Counted from the stretch's first letter, positions 1 through 13,104 are shown. The stretch: 64,000 bases of DNA from Eledone cirrhosa (GCA_964016885.1 OZ024743.1:294686001-294750000); one strand, 5' to 3'. The notes: generated from the sequence alone by a model not told the origin. Translations and numbers: made by a program.

Positions 1-519
1 CAGGGCAAATTCTTATCATTGACATCTACGAATACTTACTTGAAGATGTTGATAAGTTACTTGACATGTTAAATATATTCTGATTTATTTAATATCTAGA
101 TAATTTTGTTGATTTGTGTCAGTTATATTAATTTCGCCTTATTTAGTTTAATGTTTTTTGCCTATTTTATTTGTATACCTATTTTAATTTTAGTTATTTT
201 TTTAGTGATTTCATTTTCGTTTTGTTATTGGTGAAGTCATCTTATAAGTATTGATTTTTGTTTAAATATCTCCTCGTAGCAAAACGTAGACCTCATTTTC
301 ATGTTCGCTTTTTTAATGTTTTGATTATATTCTCTTTGTCTCCGAGTTAGAAGATTTACATACAATATCGTAAACTATTACTAAAATATTGCCTGCCAAA
401 TCTACTGATGTCCAAACTAAAAACTGTGATAGGTCTCGCAATGCCCACGTCGATGTTAGCAGAGGAAATGACCTTAAAGCATTTGTTGGATACGATTGGA
501 ATACCCTTCCAAAAGAAAT

Positions 520-531
520 GATATATATGTA

Positions 532-622
<91 letters not shown>

Positions 623-668
623 GCATACACACGTACACACACACACATATATTTATATACATATATAA

Positions 669-716
<48 letters not shown>
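520..716. repeat. (TA)n microsatellite with short (CA)n insert
   Basis: Directly visible dinucleotide run; one of more than 25 (TA)n tracts in the window. Confidence 0.97.
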
Positions 717-719
<3 letters not shown>

Positions 720-1135
720 TAATGGTAGCTAAGATGCTTCCATAGGCGGTATGCCGGTTGAGCACTCTATGCTCCAACGAAGCAGTGTAATATAGATTGG
801 AGAACGAAATATCAGTGATGCATCGGAACTCAATTTATTGTGTGTTACAATTGTTTCCTCGGTGAACATCTTGAGGTGCGATCTGTGTGTGGATCTACCT
901 GACTCTAGACTCGCAGGTTCCTCGGACATGTCCATTGATTTCGGAGCAAATCCTCTTTCTGCGGATTCTGACCCTACAGGTCTATATCGTCCACTTTCAT
1001 CCGCTTTGCGCGTCTTTGGATTGGTCACTGGTTAGTGACGTCATCATTATCTGACCACTGGTAACAGCCCGGTGACTGTCAGGGCGTGAGCTGTCACACA
1101 CCCACTGTCCCGTCGGCAAAATTACTGCTGTTTAT
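717..1135 (-). mobile_element. Dispersed repeat abutting (TA)n, probable PLE terminal (pLTR) fragment
   Basis: 721-830 (gcttccataggcggtatgcc...gagcactc; aacgaaa..tcagtgatgcatc) is shared with 4994-5128. The minus strand has GAAAC-aatt-GTA (846-857), resembling a hammerhead 3' half. Confidence 0.45.
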
Positions 1136-1502
1136 CAGCTCACACTCCCACTCGGACACACACAGATACTGACAGATACATACAGAGTAGCTTGTGTGCT
1201 TACGTTCACACATGCACGCTCAGAAGCATGCACACATATCCATGTGTACACACTCACACATAAATAGGCACACACATATACGCATACATAGACACAAAGA
1301 GGCACACACACACTCACGCGCGCGCGTGCATATACGCCCGCATATACAGACACACACACATACACATACACGCACCCGTTTACACATGCACACACACACG
1401 TACGCATCCGTACACATACTCGCACAGATATATATACATAAATACACATACATACACACATATGCACATCTGCACATATATATGCATAAATACACACGTA
1501 CG

Positions 1503-1534
<32 letters not shown>

Positions 1535-1790
1535 CACCTACCCACACGCCCACACACACGTACACATACGTCTACACACATAAACACACACATAGTTACA
1601 CATATATATGTATATATACACATACATACCTTTATATACTTTTTTCCCATACACGTGTGCATACACACACACACACACACACACACACAGAGAGACTCGC
1701 ACAAAGATTCTTACACATATGTATATATGTATATACATACATCTACACACACATTAAAAAAATATGCAAAAAATACATGTAAACAATCAT
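1135..1790. repeat. Degenerate CA/TA low-complexity tract
   Basis: Mixed (CA)n/(TA)n purine-pyrimidine alternation; source of the spurious HT/YI/CV ORFs. Confidence 0.9.
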
Positions 1791-1834
1791 ATAAAGATAC
1801 ACATTGGGCTGTACATGCAAAAATGCACCTTGGT

Positions 1835-2275
1835 GTACTTGCTTAGCTAAGCATTGTAGCTTCTTATCTACCTTAAGGGCGACGGCAAGGTCTTTGGCTT
1901 CTGTATTGATGTCGTGGTAGGACGTAGAGTTAGCCTTCTATATTTAGAGGTTATAGCGTTATGTGCCAAGTGGCTGTAAGTAGTGTTGTTGACTTCGTAA
2001 ACATTATTGGTTTTGTGAGAAGGAACGAAAGTGTTATTGGAAGACCTAAATTTCTTAATATCATTTCTATGTTTAGTTTGAAAGGTGTTAGGGTGTTTGC
2101 GAAAGGAAATTTTAGCGACTAAGTGAAGAAGGTCCGCCTCGAAAGGAGCGAGTTCAGTTACCTTAGGAGGGTAGTCTCTCGATTTCCGATTGAAGGTGTT
2201 ACTGGTGCCTGTAATTTTGTCGTCAAAAGCTAGGGCTCGCCAACTTAAGAGTCTGACGACATCTTCCGCTTTGGT
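1835..2275 (-). pseudogene. PLE ORF N-terminal fragment (pre-RT region), inverted
   Basis: Manual minus-strand translation EDVVRLLSWRALAF...PPKVTELAPFEADLLHLVAKISFRKHPNTFQTKHRNDIKKFRSSNNTFVPSHKTNNVYEV...NAITSKY(fs)...INTEAKDLAVALKVD resembles the N-terminus of marine-invertebrate PLE ORFs. Confidence 0.7.
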
Positions 2276-2299
2276 CCGCTGTGGTTACTTCCAACTGAC

Positions 2300-2945
2300 A
2301 AAATCAACCACATGAGATCAAATCCTATGTGGATATGGCGGAGGGCCGATTTAAGGAACGATTCCTGAACCATCAGTCGACATTTACATCCCGGACAAAA
2401 GATCATCGACGAAACTTGCGAGCCACATATGGTCCCTCAAGGACTCAAGTATAGACTACTCCATTCAATAGAAAGCCATCAATAAGTCCAAGCCATACGC
2501 AAGGGGCAATCCGTCTTGTGGATTATGTATTGATGAACGGATAAATATTCTAAAGAGATTACGCAATATCGATTGCCTAAAATCAAGTGAATTCTTCACA
2601 CGTTGTCCACATGTCTGGAAACACCTCTTACATAACTACAAAGCTCCGGATTGAAAAACAACAACATCCTAATTTCTTATCAACTAGAACCTTTCGGACT
2701 TTAGCAGTTATCTCCCTTACACCTCTCGCATGTAGTTTTGTATTGAGTGGAGTGATCGTTTCTGCGAATGCGCGTTCATACGGTTATCCTTCCTGTTCCG
2801 TATAACCATGTCCATTACGAGATGAGGATCCGCTAAGGTGAAACAATCGTTCTTGGTATGGTGAACTAACTGTTGTGTAACCATTTCTACCTAACTCGTC
2901 CCATGGATTGAGTGCTCTACCGCTACGGATATTACCTACCAGTGC
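2300..2945 (+). mobile_element. PLE GIY-YIG endonuclease remnant plus 3' terminal region
   Basis: Plus-strand translation KSYVDMAEGRFKERFLNHQSTF..(fs)STKLASHIWSLKDSSIDYSIQ*K..KPY..SCGLCIDER parallels the EN at 7290-7700. Degenerate hammerhead-like ATGAGGA..GAAAC near 2818-2853. Ends at a CT/TA microsatellite. Confidence 0.75.
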
Positions 2946-2973
2946 TCGACCTCTCTCTCTATATATATATATA

Positions 2974-3557
<584 letters not shown>

Positions 3558-4035
3558 AAAGAATAGAGGTGTAACACACAAGTTATGATATATTGGGAAA
3601 CGGAAAAGAAAATGCTGACAAATTGTTCACAGTGAAAAATAGTTTAATTAGGAATAAGTGAGAATTAGTAATAGTATTGGTTAGTATTCAGGTTTGGTTA
3701 TAAGTTTTACCGGTTGCGCATTTCTAATACTTTTCAAAAATAATTTTGAGATAGAGCGTCCATGATGTTTGCTCTAATCAAGTAGGCAGTGATTTTTTCA
3801 ATGTCCTGGAATTTAGTCCTCGCTTGCTTTTTTCCATCCACTGAATTATTTTTGTATAAGTTCCCTGTGTCCACGCATTGCCTGGGAACTTAGCTGAGAA
3901 TAGACTCCTGATGACGAAAGGATTTTCTCCATGTTGTTCCGTTCGGAAACCATGTTCATTCCCTTTCAGAAACTAATTAGTTGGAGTGAAATTTTAGTAA
4001 GTAAGTTAATTTTTATAATTTTCTTATTTTACGTC

Positions 4036-4112
<77 letters not shown>

Positions 4113-4115
<3 letters not shown>

Positions 4116-4305
4116 CAAGCGAATTGTGGTAGGGAACAAGATGGACCATAACGCACCAGAGTACTCAATACTTAGGGTAGTAGAGTGGGAAATAGGAAAA
4201 AGTATGACCCCGACGGCAGATCTCAAGCCGTTTCGACGGCTATTTCGTCCAGAAATAGCCGTCGAAACGGCTTGAGCTCTGCCGCCGTGGTCATACCTTT
4301 TCCTA
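4113..4305 (-). mobile_element. Fold-back PLE terminal module in (TA)n; same family as 62563-62757
   Basis: Palindrome 4192-4305 centred at 4247-4251. The arms carry the hammerhead 3' half GAAAC-GGC..GCC-GTC. Confidence 0.8.
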
Positions 4306-4318
4306 TATATATATGTGA

Positions 4319-4370
<52 letters not shown>

Positions 4371-4374
4371 ATAT

Positions 4375-4830
4375 AAGAAAGTGAGGTTTTTTTACAAAAT
4401 GAAAAAAAAACGAGGTATTCTACACGTGTTAAAGGTATAAGGACAAAAGATGAAATCGAAAATGCAACTGGAGCCTTTTCTTTCTGAAATATATTTATTT
4501 GTTTCCTTTACTGGTTTCGCAGTTCTTGTGTTTTTCAAAAGTAGAATTGAGATGGAGGGATTTTGGTTTTTCTCATAACTGGTTGGTGTTTGAATGTTAC
4601 TTCTGTTTTATATTGAAAAAAGTGGCTCGAAATGGTAGGTTTTTAGAGAAGTAATTTGATTGGTTGGTGAATAAGTATAGTAAATTTCGCGTTAGTTCGC
4701 GTTACAAAGTTCTATTATGTTTGCCTTCAAAGAAAGGTGGGGTCTCAGGTTATTTTTTCATATATGAGTGAAGTTTGGTTGGTCGATGAGGTCACGTGAA
4801 TAACCAAATCAGCTTTCGCGCCAGTTTGTG
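4375..4830 (-). mobile_element. Non-folded copy of the 3118-3493 PLE terminal family
   Basis: Shares gatgaaatcgaaaatgcaactg and ggtttcgcagttctt...ttttcaaaa...gagatggaggg with the 3118-3269 arm; degenerate hammerhead at ~4505-4542. Confidence 0.75.
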
Positions 4831-4864
4831 TTTACATACACACACAAACATACACACACACATG

Positions 4865-4972
<108 letters not shown>

Positions 4973-4993
4973 TATATATATATATATATATAT

Positions 4994-5246
<253 letters not shown>

Positions 5247-5261
5247 CATATATATACATTC

Positions 5262-5311
<50 letters not shown>

Positions 5312-5352
5312 TCATATGTATATATATATATACATATATACATATATATATA

Positions 5353-5590
5353 TATTAAATATAAAAAAAACTTCTATAGCACTAGAACTGTTTCATTCGT
5401 GAGAAATCATCAGGAAGCTAACTGTCCAAGTAATATCCAAGATATTACTTGAATAGTTAGCTTCCTGACGATTTCTCACGAATGAAACAGTTCTAGTCCT
5501 GTAGAAGCTCTTCTATATTAAATATCTTTACTCTGCTTTGTATTGCGTAGCTTACTGTGATTAACCCCGATTGAACCAGGTATAAACATA
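5353..5590 (+). mobile_element. Fold-back PLE terminal module with hammerhead
   Basis: Inverted arms 5353-5436/5442-5526 with several mismatches, then an unpaired tail to a short (TA)n. Confidence 0.8.
5459..5509 (+). ncRNA. Type I hammerhead ribozyme
   Basis: agcttc-CTGACGA-t-ttc(tcac)gaa-t-GAAA-cag(ttctagtc)ctg-TA-gaagct: 6-bp stem I, stem III ACAG/CTGT, GUA site; slightly decayed mirror copy at 5370-5419. Confidence 0.8.
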
Positions 5591-5949
5591 TATATATAAG
5601 CAAAGGGAAGTGAGGTTCCATACAAAACAGTGGGAAAAAAATGAAGTTGGAAATAACACGGGGGATATATTTAAGCTTCTGTTTTTCTTTTTTGATTCGT
5701 CAAACTGACATTATTGAAAAGATAGTTTTATTAAAAAGATAGTGTTATTAAAAAATGAGGGACAATTCTTTTTTGAAAATTTTTTTATGAAAAAAAGTGT
5801 ATGAAAATATTACCAGTTTCGATGTATCCATCTTGTCAAATTCAGTGAAAAAAGTTAATTAAAAGAGGGAGTAAAAAATGTGTTTAAAATTAAAATTAAA
5901 ATCGAGACAGTAATTATTAAGAGGACATTTAGTTCTATTAGGGCAATTG

Positions 5950-6931
5950 CATTTACGAAAAACAAACAAAAATTTATTCAGTTTGACATTGCCAGTTACT
6001 ATTCTTCTATTTCTCCTTCACTCCTCAACAAAGCTCTCTCTTATGCGTTAAATATTCGGACATCACTACAGATGAATTGAACATCATTCTCACCGCAAGA
6101 AAAACTATCCCGGAATTCAACAACGAATATTGGACAAGAACTGACACTTCCAACAATTTTGACATCACCAAGGGTTCGTTGGATTCAGCGCAATTGACGG
6201 ACTTGGTTGGAATCTTCATTTTGAACTCTTTAAATCGGAAAATTACTCAACTTCGCGGTGGAATTTATCGTGACGATGCCCTTTTTACTGTCTTAAACTG
6301 TAACATAGTAAACCTTAATATTATCAAGAATAATATACTTGATCTATTTAAGCACCTTAACGTAAAAATTGAACTTGAGAACAGCGTTAAATTAGCTAAC
6401 TTCTTAGATATATCCCTTAATCTTGACACCTGCCTATATTACCCATACCATAAGGATAATGAGAACCTAAATTATGTATATTTTAAATCAAACCACCCTA
6501 TTAATGTTAAAACTGCCATAGTCAGAAATGTTGAAAAAAGAGTTTCTAATCTATCTTCTAATAAACTTATCTTTGACGCTAAAGTCAATTATTACAATAA
6601 TGCGCTATCCAGAGCTGGTTATCCAGACAACATTAAATACACTAATGAAACCAATCCTGGCAGAACTTATAGTAATATAGCTAGTTATAGGCATACCTAT
6701 AGCATAAAGAGGAAACCTAGATATAAAAATATTATTTGGTACAACGCTCCTTTTTCTCTTTCAATCATTAGTAATATTCCTAAATTATTTTTTAGGGCGT
6801 TAGATAATTGCTTCCCTCCTTCACATATTTATAGTAAGATCTTTAATAAATATACAATTAATTATATTCTTACAATTAATTATATTCTTATTCCACCACT
6901 TCCAGCATTTCTAACATTATCTCAAACATAA
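5950..6931 (+). pseudogene. PLE reverse transcriptase (frameshifted)
   Basis: Motifs FIQFDIASYYSSI, FDITKGSLDSAQLTDLVG, GIYRDD, NFLDI, SNHP, IIWYNAPFS in ORFs 5880-6080 and 6077-6931. Confidence 0.9.
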
Positions 6932-7019
6932 TACTAACATATTAAATAATAATTCATATGCATACAACCCTGAGTGTCATAGTAGTAACACTATAAGGCC
7001 CGACGTCAATGTAAACTCT

Positions 7020-7190
7020 AGACAGGATAAACTAAATATAAATACAACGTCAAACGTAATTTCGATGAAATCTCCTATACAAGATAACTTAAATATAAAT
7101 ACGACGTCAAACGTAATTTCGATGAATGCTCCTAGACAAGATAACTTAAATATAAATACGACGTCAAACCTAATTTCGATGAATGCTCCT
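7020..7190 (+). repeat. 57-bp tandem repeat x3, in frame (19 aa) in the RT-EN linker
   Basis: Unit agacaagataacttaaatataaatacgacgtcaaacgtaatttcgatgaatgctcct; translates QDNLNINTTSNVISMNAPR. Confidence 0.9.
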
Positions 7191-7284
7191 AATAGTGATC
7201 TAAATCAGGAAACATTAGCACCTCCTTTAGTTAATTCCTCCACTACAATTCCTTTTATAAATAATTCTGGATCACTTGCAAATG

Positions 7285-7710
7285 ACTGACATTAATCGTA
7301 AATGCAATTGCCCTAATAGAACTAAATGTCCTCTTATAATTAGTCTCGATAAAAATTTAGTATACGAATGTAAGGTGATAACTAGTACCAATTCTTATAT
7401 CTACATTGGGTCTACTTCTACTTCCTTTAAGGTAAGACTATATAACCATTCTTCGTCTTTTAAATACCCACTTAAAAGAACAAACACTGCACTCTCAGAA
7501 CTCATCTGGTCCTTAAAAGACAAAAACATTAATTACAAAATTTCTTAGCGTAAAATATACAATGCTTCTCCATATTCCAACGTTTCCGTATCTAGAACTT
7601 GTAATTTATGTCTAGCGGAAAAATTTACCATTATATCTATAATAAATAGACGCACAGATTTATTTTCCTTTTGCATCCAGAAATCGCTTAGGTCATTTAA
7701 CAATAATAAC
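7285..7710 (+). pseudogene. PLE GIY-YIG endonuclease (premature stop at 7546-7548)
   Basis: LVYECKV...YIYIGSTSTSFKVRLYNH...TALSELIWSLKDKNINYKIS*...RTCNLCLAEK. Confidence 0.85.
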
Positions 7711-8424
7711 TTACTCCTTGATTAAGATTAAACACTTTTTCTCACACATATATATTTTTTTACACACATACCTTTTTTCTCTCATATTTCAGTACATTCT
7801 ACAAAGTTTATTCATACTATGACGTTTTTGGTCCCCTAATTTTTAATTCACTATAGCAAACTCCTTTATCTTCTTGGGAATACAAACTATTTATTTTTAA
7901 ATAGTTCATATTTAATGTTTCTTTATGTTATTTCTTCTCAATATTACGTTTTCCTAACCGCTCTATTTCCCAATTTTTTACTTCAAATTTATTAATATCA
8001 ACATTAGTTGAATTTTCTAAACAAATTTTGACGTCATTTGTTTTTCTTCTCTCCTTCCGTGCTTGTCTTTGCTTAAATAATTACTTCTTCACAGAAATAC
8101 CTTTTTAATTACAATCTATTTAAACAAAATATGACCCTATATCGTCTTCTAAGCTTATAAATCATGTAATGTAATTTTTATTCACCTTATCTTATTTTAA
8201 TTTATTTTATTTTAATAATACATTTTAATAAAACATTTTCGCACATCTTGATAAATCCTTCAGTATATAAGCCCTAAATAAATAGTATACTTAATTTCTA
8301 TATCTGTAATCATAAACATCATCAATCATAAACCTCATCAATTTTTAATTTTTTCATTTATTTATGAATTTACAACCGTTATTCAGTTATTTTTCAGTTG
8401 TGACACCGTTTTTCAGTTTAAATT

Positions 8425-8427
<3 letters not shown>

Positions 8428-8498
<71 letters not shown>

Positions 8499-8610
8499 TT
8501 CTCTTTCTCTCTCCTCCTTCCTTCTTATACTCTTCCTCCGTTACACTCTCCTTCTTTTTTCCTTTCTTCCTCTTCCTTCCTTTTTTTCCTCTTCCTTCCC
8601 TTTTTTCCAA
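8428..8610. repeat. (CT)n microsatellite and polypyrimidine tract inside the PLE 3' region
   Basis: Directly visible. Confidence 0.95.
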
Positions 8611-8814
8611 TCTTATATATCCTTTTAAATTTATTTATCATATTTTGACTAGACACTACCTTGTTCACAACTGTTTTTTTTTTAGGCAACCTACCATGTC
8701 TCCCTATTTTATTAGCTGAGAACGCAAATATCGTCCCAGGAGGATATTTGTTTTTGAAATGCGCATAATAAAATACATGGAACTTTTTTAACCATCTTTT
8801 AATTTCTTCTTATA

Positions 8815-8848
<34 letters not shown>

Positions 8849-8853
8849 TATTT

Positions 8854-8915
<62 letters not shown>

Positions 8916-9258
8916 ATATTCCATGCCAACTTTTCAGAAGGTATGATGGAAGAAATTTAGCTCAAACATTCGTTTTTGATTTTAATTTTAATTTTAAACC
9001 CTTTTTTCTCCCTTTTTAATTAACATTTTTAACTGAATTTTAATACATCGTAACCGGTAATTTTTTTCATACACTTTATATACTTCATAAAAAATTTTTC
9101 AAAAAAGCATTCTCCTTCTTTTTTTAATAACACTATCTTTTCAATAATGTCAATTTGACGAATCAAAAAACAAAAACAGACCATTAAAGATATCTCCCGT
9201 GCTATTTCCAACTTCATCTTTTCTCTATACCCACTGTTTTGTATGGAACCTCACTTCC

Positions 9259-9311
<53 letters not shown>

Positions 9312-9312
<1 letters not shown>

Positions 9313-9540
9313 AGCAGAAAGGATATTCAATTGTTGGTAATTCAACAATTATAAATGTTTATAACTGATTCAGAGCACTCCACAGATTTTCTGAAGTATA
9401 ATATTCAATGATATTAAATATTAAATAAATGGAAACTATATTTATAAAACTATATTTATTCTATTATATATATTTCAAGGGTACCAAAACTTTGGTACGC
9501 TATCATCAGATAAAATATGAAGTGATTTTTATAAATTTTG
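9312..9540 (-). mobile_element. PLE terminal fragment; family shared with 57966-58594 and 58647-58863
   Basis: Shared atattaaataaatggaaactatat.tataaaac.atat segment and tttataactgat...agcactc. Confidence 0.75.
9459..9515 (-). ncRNA. Type I hammerhead ribozyme with long stem II
   Basis: Minus strand ttttat-CTGATGA-tagcgtaccaaa(gt)tttggtaccctt-GAAA-tatata-TA-atagaa. Confidence 0.75.
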
Positions 9541-9616
9541 ACATAACCAAGGAAAGTATACCTTACCAGTTCAAGTTTTCCTTGGATAGTGAAGGGATAA
9601 GAGAAGAGAGGAGAGA

Positions 9617-9810
9617 TATAAAGTGAGAGGTAAAAAGAATTTGGAACTGCCATGAAGTCAAAGTGGTCCCGATTGTCATAGGCGCACTAGGTACTATCTC
9701 AAAAGGTTTCCAGGCATGGTTAAATAAAATTGGCCCCTTCACGCTTTTTGGAAAGCTTCAAAAGGCATGCTTGCTGGGAACAGCAAGAACCCTCCGATAC
9801 GTCCTGAATA
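9617..9810 (+). mobile_element. 3' coding fragment of R4/Dong family B
   Basis: Near-identical to 20036-20226 (EVKRIWNCHEVKVVPIVIGALGTISK...RYVLN); 3' UTR replaced by the family A insertion. Confidence 0.9.
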
Positions 9811-11802
9811 ACAAATGACCTATTCCCCATTGAGCAGAAAGGGTGTAAACGAGGCTCATATGGCTGTAAGGATCAGCTTCTGGTTAACAAAATGATACTG
9901 GAAGATTGTCATAATAGACACAAAAATCTATCGATTGCTTGGATAGATTATAAAAAAGCATTTGATAGTTTGCCACACAGTTGGATTGAAAAATGTTTAG
10001 AGATTTTCAAAGTATCCCTCGTTGTCAGGAGATTTTTGTCATTCAGTATGAAGACATGGAAAACGCCACTCCATTTGAATAGTGAAACAAAATCACTGGA
10101 AGCTGGAGAAGTTAATATTAATTGTGGAATTTTTCAGGGTGACTCTTTATCACCGCTTTTATTCTGCATCGCACTTATCCCATTAAGTAAAATGCTCAAT
10201 GAAACAAAACATGGATATAAAGTCTATGACAAAACCATTAATCACCTGTTCTACATGGATGACCTGAAACTATTTGCAAAAAATGATGAACAATTGCAAG
10301 GGCTATTATCCACTGTGAAGCAGTTCAGTGATGACATTAAAATGGAGTTTGGACTAGATAAATGCGCCAAAGCAACGTTCACCAGAGGAAAGCTGCTGAA
10401 GAGTTCAGACATTAATCTTGATCGGGGGAACGTGATAAGAGAACTTGATCAAGAAAAAACTTACAAATATCTAGGTCTTTGTGAAGGAGACGGAATCAAG
10501 CACTCGACAATGAGGGAAAGGATAAGGAAAGAATGTTACCCCAGAGTAAGAGCAATCTTAAGAACGGAATTGAATGCAAGGAATAGGATCGATGCCATAA
10601 ACACGCTTGCCATACCAGTAGTAACCTACAGTTACAATGTCATCAACTGGTCAAGCACAGAGATCCGTAGGCTCGATACAAAAATTCGAAAATTCTTAAC
10701 CATGCACAGAATGCATCACCCTAAGGCAGATATAGATAGAATATATCTCCCTAGGAAAGAAGGAGGACGTGGGTTAGTCCAGCTAGACATTGCATTGAAA
10801 ACTGCAACAATTGGATTATCCACATATCTAAGGGAATCACATGATTGGATGATCAAACTCGTTTTGAAACACGAAAGCATCAAAAGATCATATTCCATTA
10901 CAAATGATGCACAAAGATACAGTAACGGACTTCAAATTTCAGAAGTCCCATTTACTGCTGAAATGGAAAACACAGAAAAAGCAAAGCAGGTAAAAGTAAC
11001 TGCAAAGAAAGAACTGCTACAGAAACTGGCTAAGAAATGGCAAGAAAAGCCTCTGTATGGAAAATATCCAGAGCGAGCTAACAATCCTGATGTTGACAAA
11101 ACTTTAACCCATCAGTGGTTGGCATCCTCTGGACTGAAATCGGAGACTGAAGGACTGATTATATCGGCACAAGATCAGTGTCTGCCAACAAAAAATTACC
11201 AAGCCAACATAATAAAAAATGGGTGGAGCCCATTATGCCGTGTATGCAAAAAACAACAAGAGACCATTGACCACATAATTTCAATGTGCTGTCCTATAGC
11301 TCCAACCGAATACCTAAACAGGCATGACAGAGCTACACAATACATACATTGGATAATGTATAAGCATTTTGACCTGCCCCATCAAAAGAATTGGTGGGAG
11401 CATCAACCACCTCCCATACTTGAAAAAGATCACATCTCAATCTTGTGGAACTTTAGCATCCAAACAGACCGAAAAATAGATGCAAACAGACCTGATATAA
11501 TATTGAAAGACTTTCAAAAGAGGGTATGCCTGCTAATTGATATGTCTGTTCCAATAGACAAGAATGTATCTATAAAAAGATGTAAAAAATTGAGCAAGTA
11601 TAAGGACCTGGAGATAGAAATTGGAAAAATGTGGAAATTGAGAACTAAAACAATACCAGTGGTTGTAGGCGCTCTGTGAATGATACCTAAGGGGTCTAAT
11701 GATTACATATCGCAAATCCCAGGAAACCCGCGTATAGGAGAAATACAAAAGATAGTACTAATGGGAACTGCCCATATACTAAGGAAGATTCTGTCAATAT
11801 AA
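9811..11802 (+). pseudogene. RT-zinc knuckle-restriction-like endonuclease ORF, family A (in-frame TGA at 11677-11679)
   Basis: [61 protein letters not shown]; frame continues to TAA at 11802. Confidence 0.92.
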
Positions 11803-11952
11803 GTACATCACAAGTCTAAACACTAAAGATGCATGTGTGAATATGTATGTTCTTTCTTGAACATGGCGGACCTTGTTGTCTCTTGAGGTCACTGGTTGTG
11901 ACTTGGTGATAACTCGTATGAACATAAAGCAAGATAAATGCAACTGTAATAC

Positions 11953-11987
<35 letters not shown>
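9811..11987 (+). mobile_element. R4/Dong-clade RLE non-LTR retrotransposon, family A, 5'-truncated, ending in (TAA)n
   Basis: RT, CCHC and RLE ORF; 3' UTR 11803-11946; (TAA)n 11947-11987. Confidence 0.92.
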
Positions 11988-13010
11988 GGGAAGAAGACGC
12001 ACGAGGTGGTAGAAGGTCATGAAATCGCTCCCGTAAGTTTTGAATTTTTAACATATTTAAATCATTTGTGAAATAACAACTCTTTGTACAAATGTTACGT
12101 AAAGCATCCGGCTTGAGCCCCAAAAAAATTCGGACCCAAAATATATTGTTATAAGGCTCAAATATTCAAATATTCAACTTTGTATTTTATATTGTATATT
12201 CAAAAAAGAAAATGGCTATAAATGGAAGAAGAAGAACCCCCCCCCCCCTCCTCTGTCTACACTATATAGAACAGCCAAACAACACCAATCTCACCAACAC
12301 CAGAAACTAGATACACCACCTACCCCATCACCTCTCTGTGTACACTAAACACAACAGCCAGATAACGGCAACTTCACCACTACCACAACCATTCTCAACA
12401 TAATAATGATAATAATAAATACTATTATTATTGTCCCAAGTTTTAACAAAATGTTTAATTCCAACATTAAGGGAATTTATGTCAACACATGTACGAGACT
12501 AACCCCATAGATTCACCGAACGGACATCAGTAACGACAACGCCATCACTACAGTCACCGCCGCCGCCGCCCATCCATCATTACTACCACTATCCCATCAC
12601 CGCCGCCACCACTCCTTCATTGCTACCACCGCTACAACACCATCACTACAGTAATACGATCACATCACCACCACCACTGCCTCAGTATCGACATCACCAC
12701 CACCACTGCCTCAGTATCGCTACCGCCGCTATTCTCTCCCATTGCTTCCTGCTAGTTGCTGGTAGCACAGCACTGCCACCACATAATAGAATTTCTACTA
12801 AAAAAGAGGAAGGCATCAAAATATATAGATAGACTCAAAAGGAAAAAGAAAAAAACAAACATCAAAACCAAAGCAGCACAGCAACAACAGCAAAAAAAAA
12901 ACAAAAAAAAACAGAGAAAAACAAAAACAAAAAAAACGTAAAGAAAATAAGAATGAAGAGAGAAACAAGCGGACGGACAGAGAAGAGAAGGGAAAAATTA
13001 AGTCAGACAT
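11988..13010 (+). mobile_element. Probable Tx1-like 5' UTR and low-complexity ORF1-like segment
   Basis: tcgctcccgtaagtt (12025-12039) matches the 5' end of Tx1 element 2 (49337-49351, -). gaagacgcac..gaggtgg resembles the element 3 5' end. ACC/AAC-rich composition like Tx1 ORF1. Confidence 0.45.
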
Positions 13011-13104
13011 TCGAACACTACATTACAATGAAACTTATGCTTATTCATTTTTGGGGTTTTCTCTGCCTGTGTGTTTGTTTGTTTATTTGTGTTCGTCTAC
13101 AGCG

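Larger units (their letters stand above)
5598..9267 (+). mobile_element. Penelope-like element, 5'-truncated, with inverted pLTRs (5598-5905 / ~8970-9267); probably Hydra-type C-terminal-EN PLE
   Basis: RT and GIY-YIG remnants between about 300-bp inverted terminal copies; flanked by (TA)n. CxCx5C linker (KCNCPNRTKCP) and C-terminal CNLC. Confidence 0.85.

Noticed and set aside
1-518. Possible decayed PLE coding remnant on the minus strand (ILNKSEYI-like)
   Set aside because: Many stops and only one short motif; cannot be supported.
325-1846. Many ORFs of YIYI/HTHT/CVCV type here and throughout the window
   Set aside because: Stop-free translations of (TA)n and (CA)n microsatellites; no coding evidence.
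11677-11679. In-frame TGA in R4-A as possible selenocysteine or readthrough
   Set aside because: The homologous position is Gly (GALG) in family B; a single GGA>TGA substitution suffices.
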